This document shows, in pieces, positions 60,290 through 64,000 of a stretch of 64,000 bases of DNA. Numbering within the stretch: the stretch's first letter is position 1; each line of letters starts with the position of its first letter. A program made the position numbers and the translations under genes. Location: positions 493,158-557,157 of the forward strand of contig NW_018407846.1 in the NCBI RefSeq assembly GCF_002113885.1. Direction: 5' to 3'. This DNA comes from Mizuhopecten yessoensis. Lineage: Eukaryota. The notes beneath the pieces were generated by a model that saw nothing but the letters and a program-made list of their open reading frames with translations, did not search any database and had not been told where the DNA came from.

Positions 60290-63005
60290 AGCCCATGTGT
60301 TCTATAGTCCTATTTTCCTGTAAAGGTTTAGCCCAAGTATCCTATAGTCCTAACTGTCTTTTAAGATTTAGCCCCAGTAACCCAAATTCCAACTTGCCTG
60401 TTGCAATTTGATTCCAGTATTCAATAGTCCTACTTGCCGTTAAAGATTGAACCCCAGTATTCCATAGTCTTAGACACATGTTAAGATTTAAAACGTATTA
60501 TTCCATAGTCCTAATTGCCCGTTAAGATGTATCCCCAGTTTATCATGGTCCTTCTCGCCTTTCTAAATTTAGCCGAAGTACATTTCCTACTCAATTATTT
60601 AGATTTAGCCGCAGTATATAATGGTACTACACGCCTGTTAAGATTTAGCCCCAGTTAATCATGGTCCTAGTCGCAAGTCTAAATTTAGCCCATTATATAC
60701 ATGGTCCTACTCGTCTTTTTGAATATAGCCCTATTTATCATTGTCCTCCTACTCACCAGTTAAGTTTTATCCGCCGTTCATTATGGTCCCACTTTCCTGT
60801 TAAGATTTAGACTCAATATCATGGTCCTACTTGCCTGTTAAGATTTAGCCCCAGTATATCGTGGTCCTACTGGCCTGTTAAGATTTAGCACCAGTATATC
60901 ACGGTCCTACTTGCCTGTTAAGATTTGGCCCGAGTTTATCGTGGTCCTACTTGCCTGTTAAGATTTAGCCCCAGTATAACATTGTCCTACTCGCCTGTTA
61001 AGATTTAGCCCCAGTATATCGTGGTCCTACTTGCCTGTTAAGATTAAGCCCCAGTATAACATGGTCCTACTCGCCTGTTAAGATTTAGCCCCAGTATAAC
61101 ATGGTCCTACTTACCCGTTAAGATTTAGCACCAGTATATCGTGGTCCTACTCGCCTGTTAAGATTAAGCCCCAGTATAACATGGTCCTAATTGCCTGTTA
61201 AGATTTAGCCCCAGTATAACATGGTCCTACTCGCCCGTTAAGATTTAGCACCAGTATATCATGGTCCTACTCGCCTGTTAAGATTTAGCCCCAGTATAAC
61301 ATGGTCCTAATTGCCTGTTAAGATTTAGCCCCAGTATACCATGGTCCTACTCGCCCGTTAAGATTTAGCACCAGTATATCATGGTCCTACTCGCCTGTTA
61401 AGATTTAGCCCCAGTATATCGTGGTCTTACTTGCCTGTTAAGATTACGCCCCAGTATAACATGGTCCTACTCGCCTGTTAAGATTTAGCACCAGTATAAA
61501 ATGGTCATACTCGCCTGTTAAGATTGAGCCCCAGTATATCATGGTCCTACTTGCCTGTTAAGATTAAGCCCCAGTATAACATGGTCCTACTCGCCCGTTA
61601 AGATTTAGCACCAGTATTTCATGGTCCTACTCGCCTTTTTTTAGATTAAGCCCCTGTATATCATGGCCCTACTAGTTTATCGTGGTCCTACTTGCCTGTT
61701 AAGGTAGCAGAGTACAGTAGCGTACGGTGGCCATGGGTGATATTTTTATACAATGAATAACCCCTGTAATATAACATATATAAAAATTAAAAAAAAAAAA
61801 ATCAGCACTAAAATTGGCATATACATGATGAAGTGGACTATGTGGGCTTCATAATTTTTCAAAAAAAAAATCGGTTTTGGTTTGAGACTACAATTTTGGG
61901 CATTTACAAATCTTGGTCTACACAACAAAAGCTAGCTTTTCATGTAGTCTATTTTTGTACTCAGCACATGTGTAAATATTGTGAAAAATCCACCGGAATG
62001 ACCTATGATAAGACGTGAGTATTTCTGTTACCGAGTAGGAGATATTTAATTTCAGACAGGGTTTAAGAAAAACAAGTATATCATGGCCCTACTTGCCTGT
62101 TAAGGTAGCAGAGTACAGTAGCGTACGGTGGCCATGGGTGATATTTTTATACAATGAATAACCCCTGTAATATAACATATATAAAAATTAAAAAAAAAAA
62201 AATCAGCACTAAAATTGGCATATACATGATGAAGGGGACTATGTGGGCTTCATAATTTTTCAAAAAAAAAAATCGGTTTTGGTTTGAGACTACAATTTTG
62301 GGCATTTACAAATCTGTGTCTACACAACAAAAGCTAGCTTTTCATGTAGTCTATTCTTGTACTCAGCACATGTGTAAATATTGTGAAAAATCCACCGGAA
62401 TGACCTATGCTAAAACGTGAGTGTTTCTGTTACCGAGTAGGCGTTATTTAATTTCAGACAGGGTTTAAGAAAAACAAGTATATCATGGCCCTACTTGCCT
62501 GTTAAGATTAAGCCCCAATATATCGTGGTCATACACCCGTTAAGATTTAGCACCAGTATATTGTGGGCCTACTCGCCTTTTAAGATTTAGACTCAGTATC
62601 ATGGTCCTACTCGCCTATTAAGATTTAGACTCAGTATCATGGTCCTACTCGCCTGTTAAGATTTAGCCACAGTATATCATGGTCCTACTTGCCTGTTAAG
62701 ATTTAGCCCCAGTATATCATGGTCCTACTCGCCTTTTTTTAGATTAAGCCCCTGTATATCATGGCCCTACTTGCCTGTTAAGATTTAGCCCGAGTATATC
62801 GTGGTCTTACTTACCCGTAAAGATTTATCCGCAGTATATCATGGACCTACTCGCCTGTTTTAGATTTAGCCCCTATATATAATGGTCCTACTCGCCTTTT
62901 TTTTATATTTAGCCCCTATATATAATGGTCCTACTCGCATTTTTAGTTTTAGCCCCAATACATCGTGGTCCTACTCTCCTGTTAATATTTAGACCCATTA
63001 TATCA
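60290..63005. repeat. 40-bp intronic satellite, copy 2, interrupted by a duplicated transposon fragment
   Basis: Same unit as 18230-20760. Confidence 0.93.
61703..62475 (+). mobile_element. Two tandem copies (401-bp period) of a probable DNA-transposon end starting TTAA|GGTAGCA (Kolobok-like)
   Basis: Inserts begin at 61703 and 62104, directly after the satellite's TTAA; absent from copy 1. Confidence 0.6.
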
Positions 63006-63543
63006 TGGACATAACCACGTTTTCCTTGATCCTTGTTGTCTTTTAATATTTAGCCACTGTATTCTCCTGTTCTTCATGTACCATTTTCTCTTTCCCTATA
63101 GACTTGATGAGGTTTTGAGTAAAGATCAAGGATCGCAATTTGCATTTAAACACAAGAAAGTGAACAGCATACATGTATACACGACATCAGGGTAGAACTT
63201 CTAAAATGAAGCGCTGACAGAAGCAACAAATCGTTATTACTTTTGAATGATTAGGGTTTGCTTATGATTAAATGTAAAAGAATATTATAGTAATTATGAT
63301 CGCATGTTGGTGTGCTATAGTATATGTTTTTGCCGTGATCATATCATACAATTTAGTTATACATGTGTGTACGCGTGTGTATAGATTGACGTGGTATGAA
63401 TAGGTATTTATAAGTATAAATTTTCCTGGTGATTGTATATAACTGTAAGAATGAATACGTTAGAATTCTGTACGATATAATATTATTTTGCTTGCGCATC
63501 GCACTGGATTTTATTGTCCATCATTTCAATTTTGTCTCAAAAG

Positions 63544-63656
63544 GTTGTTATGACGTTAAGGACCGAAGTTCTCTGCATATGACCGACTTTGGAAGTGAAA
63601 ACTCTGTCTATCAATGTTCCCAGAAATGTGGCGACTTGCAGTACATCGGATTGGAG
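63544..63656 (+). CDS. CTLD/WSC protein copy 2, exon 3
   Basis: Identical to 21293-21405. Confidence 0.88.
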
Positions 63657-63951
63657 GTTCGTTTAAAGGAAATACGCTTTATAATTAACCTCTATCAAAT
63701 GTGATAGTTTATTTGTATCGTCTGTGGATAGAGCCTCATCAATGTATACTCTCATCAAAGTATATTTAAGTCAATTTTAGAATTATATCGTTTAAGGAAT
63801 GTGCGTATCTCCTCAATTATGTAAAAACTAATTCTTTCCACGTTAACTGTCCATTATCATACTAGTTTATCAACAAAATACGCCTTGAAACTATAACGTG
63901 TGCACACATGTAATAATGCATAATGCAACATTTTGATATTTCTCTCCTAAG

Positions 63952-64000
63952 GATACGGGTTGCTTCTGTTTTCCGGCCTCAGCAAAGCTGTCTCAAGAAT
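63952..64000 (+). CDS. CTLD/WSC protein copy 2, exon 4 (partial, runs off the window)
   Basis: Identical to 21701-21749. Confidence 0.85.

Larger units (their letters stand above)
38345..64000 (+). repeat. Large direct duplication, copy 2 (continues past the window)
   Basis: Starts in the 25-bp satellite, matching ~1325; position 64000 corresponds to 21749. Confidence 0.95.

Overview
AT-rich eukaryotic (animal) genomic DNA with GT-AG spliced genes and assembly gaps. The repeat types (HINE/pearl-like elements with internal tandem arrays, V-SINE-like elements) suggest a bivalve mollusc (inference). The window is a large direct duplication: ~1325-21749+ recurs from ~38345 to the window end, with scattered substitutions and copy-specific insertions. 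Each copy carries (i) a 3-exon claudin/PMP22-family gene (copy 2 has a nonsense codon; the copies differ by a 17-nt frameshifting indel in the tail) and (ii) a 7-exon secreted C-type-lectin/WSC gene in which the WSC domain sits inside the first CTLD. Between the copies (24681-38342) lies a probable IS3EU-type DNA transposon. It has a TATGG..CCATA terminus, a 21-bp subterminal array, an intact SAM-like/HTH/DDE transposase, and a convergent spliced HECT E3-ligase cargo gene that is decaying and cut by the duplication junction. Its introns are filled with HINEs. Copy 2 also has a 5'-truncated L1/Tx1-type LINE with an open ORF2. Satellites of 25, 40 and 41 bp, SINEs and MITEs are present. Most short ORFs in the track are spurious. 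All coordinates and translations were read by hand; no database searches were run.
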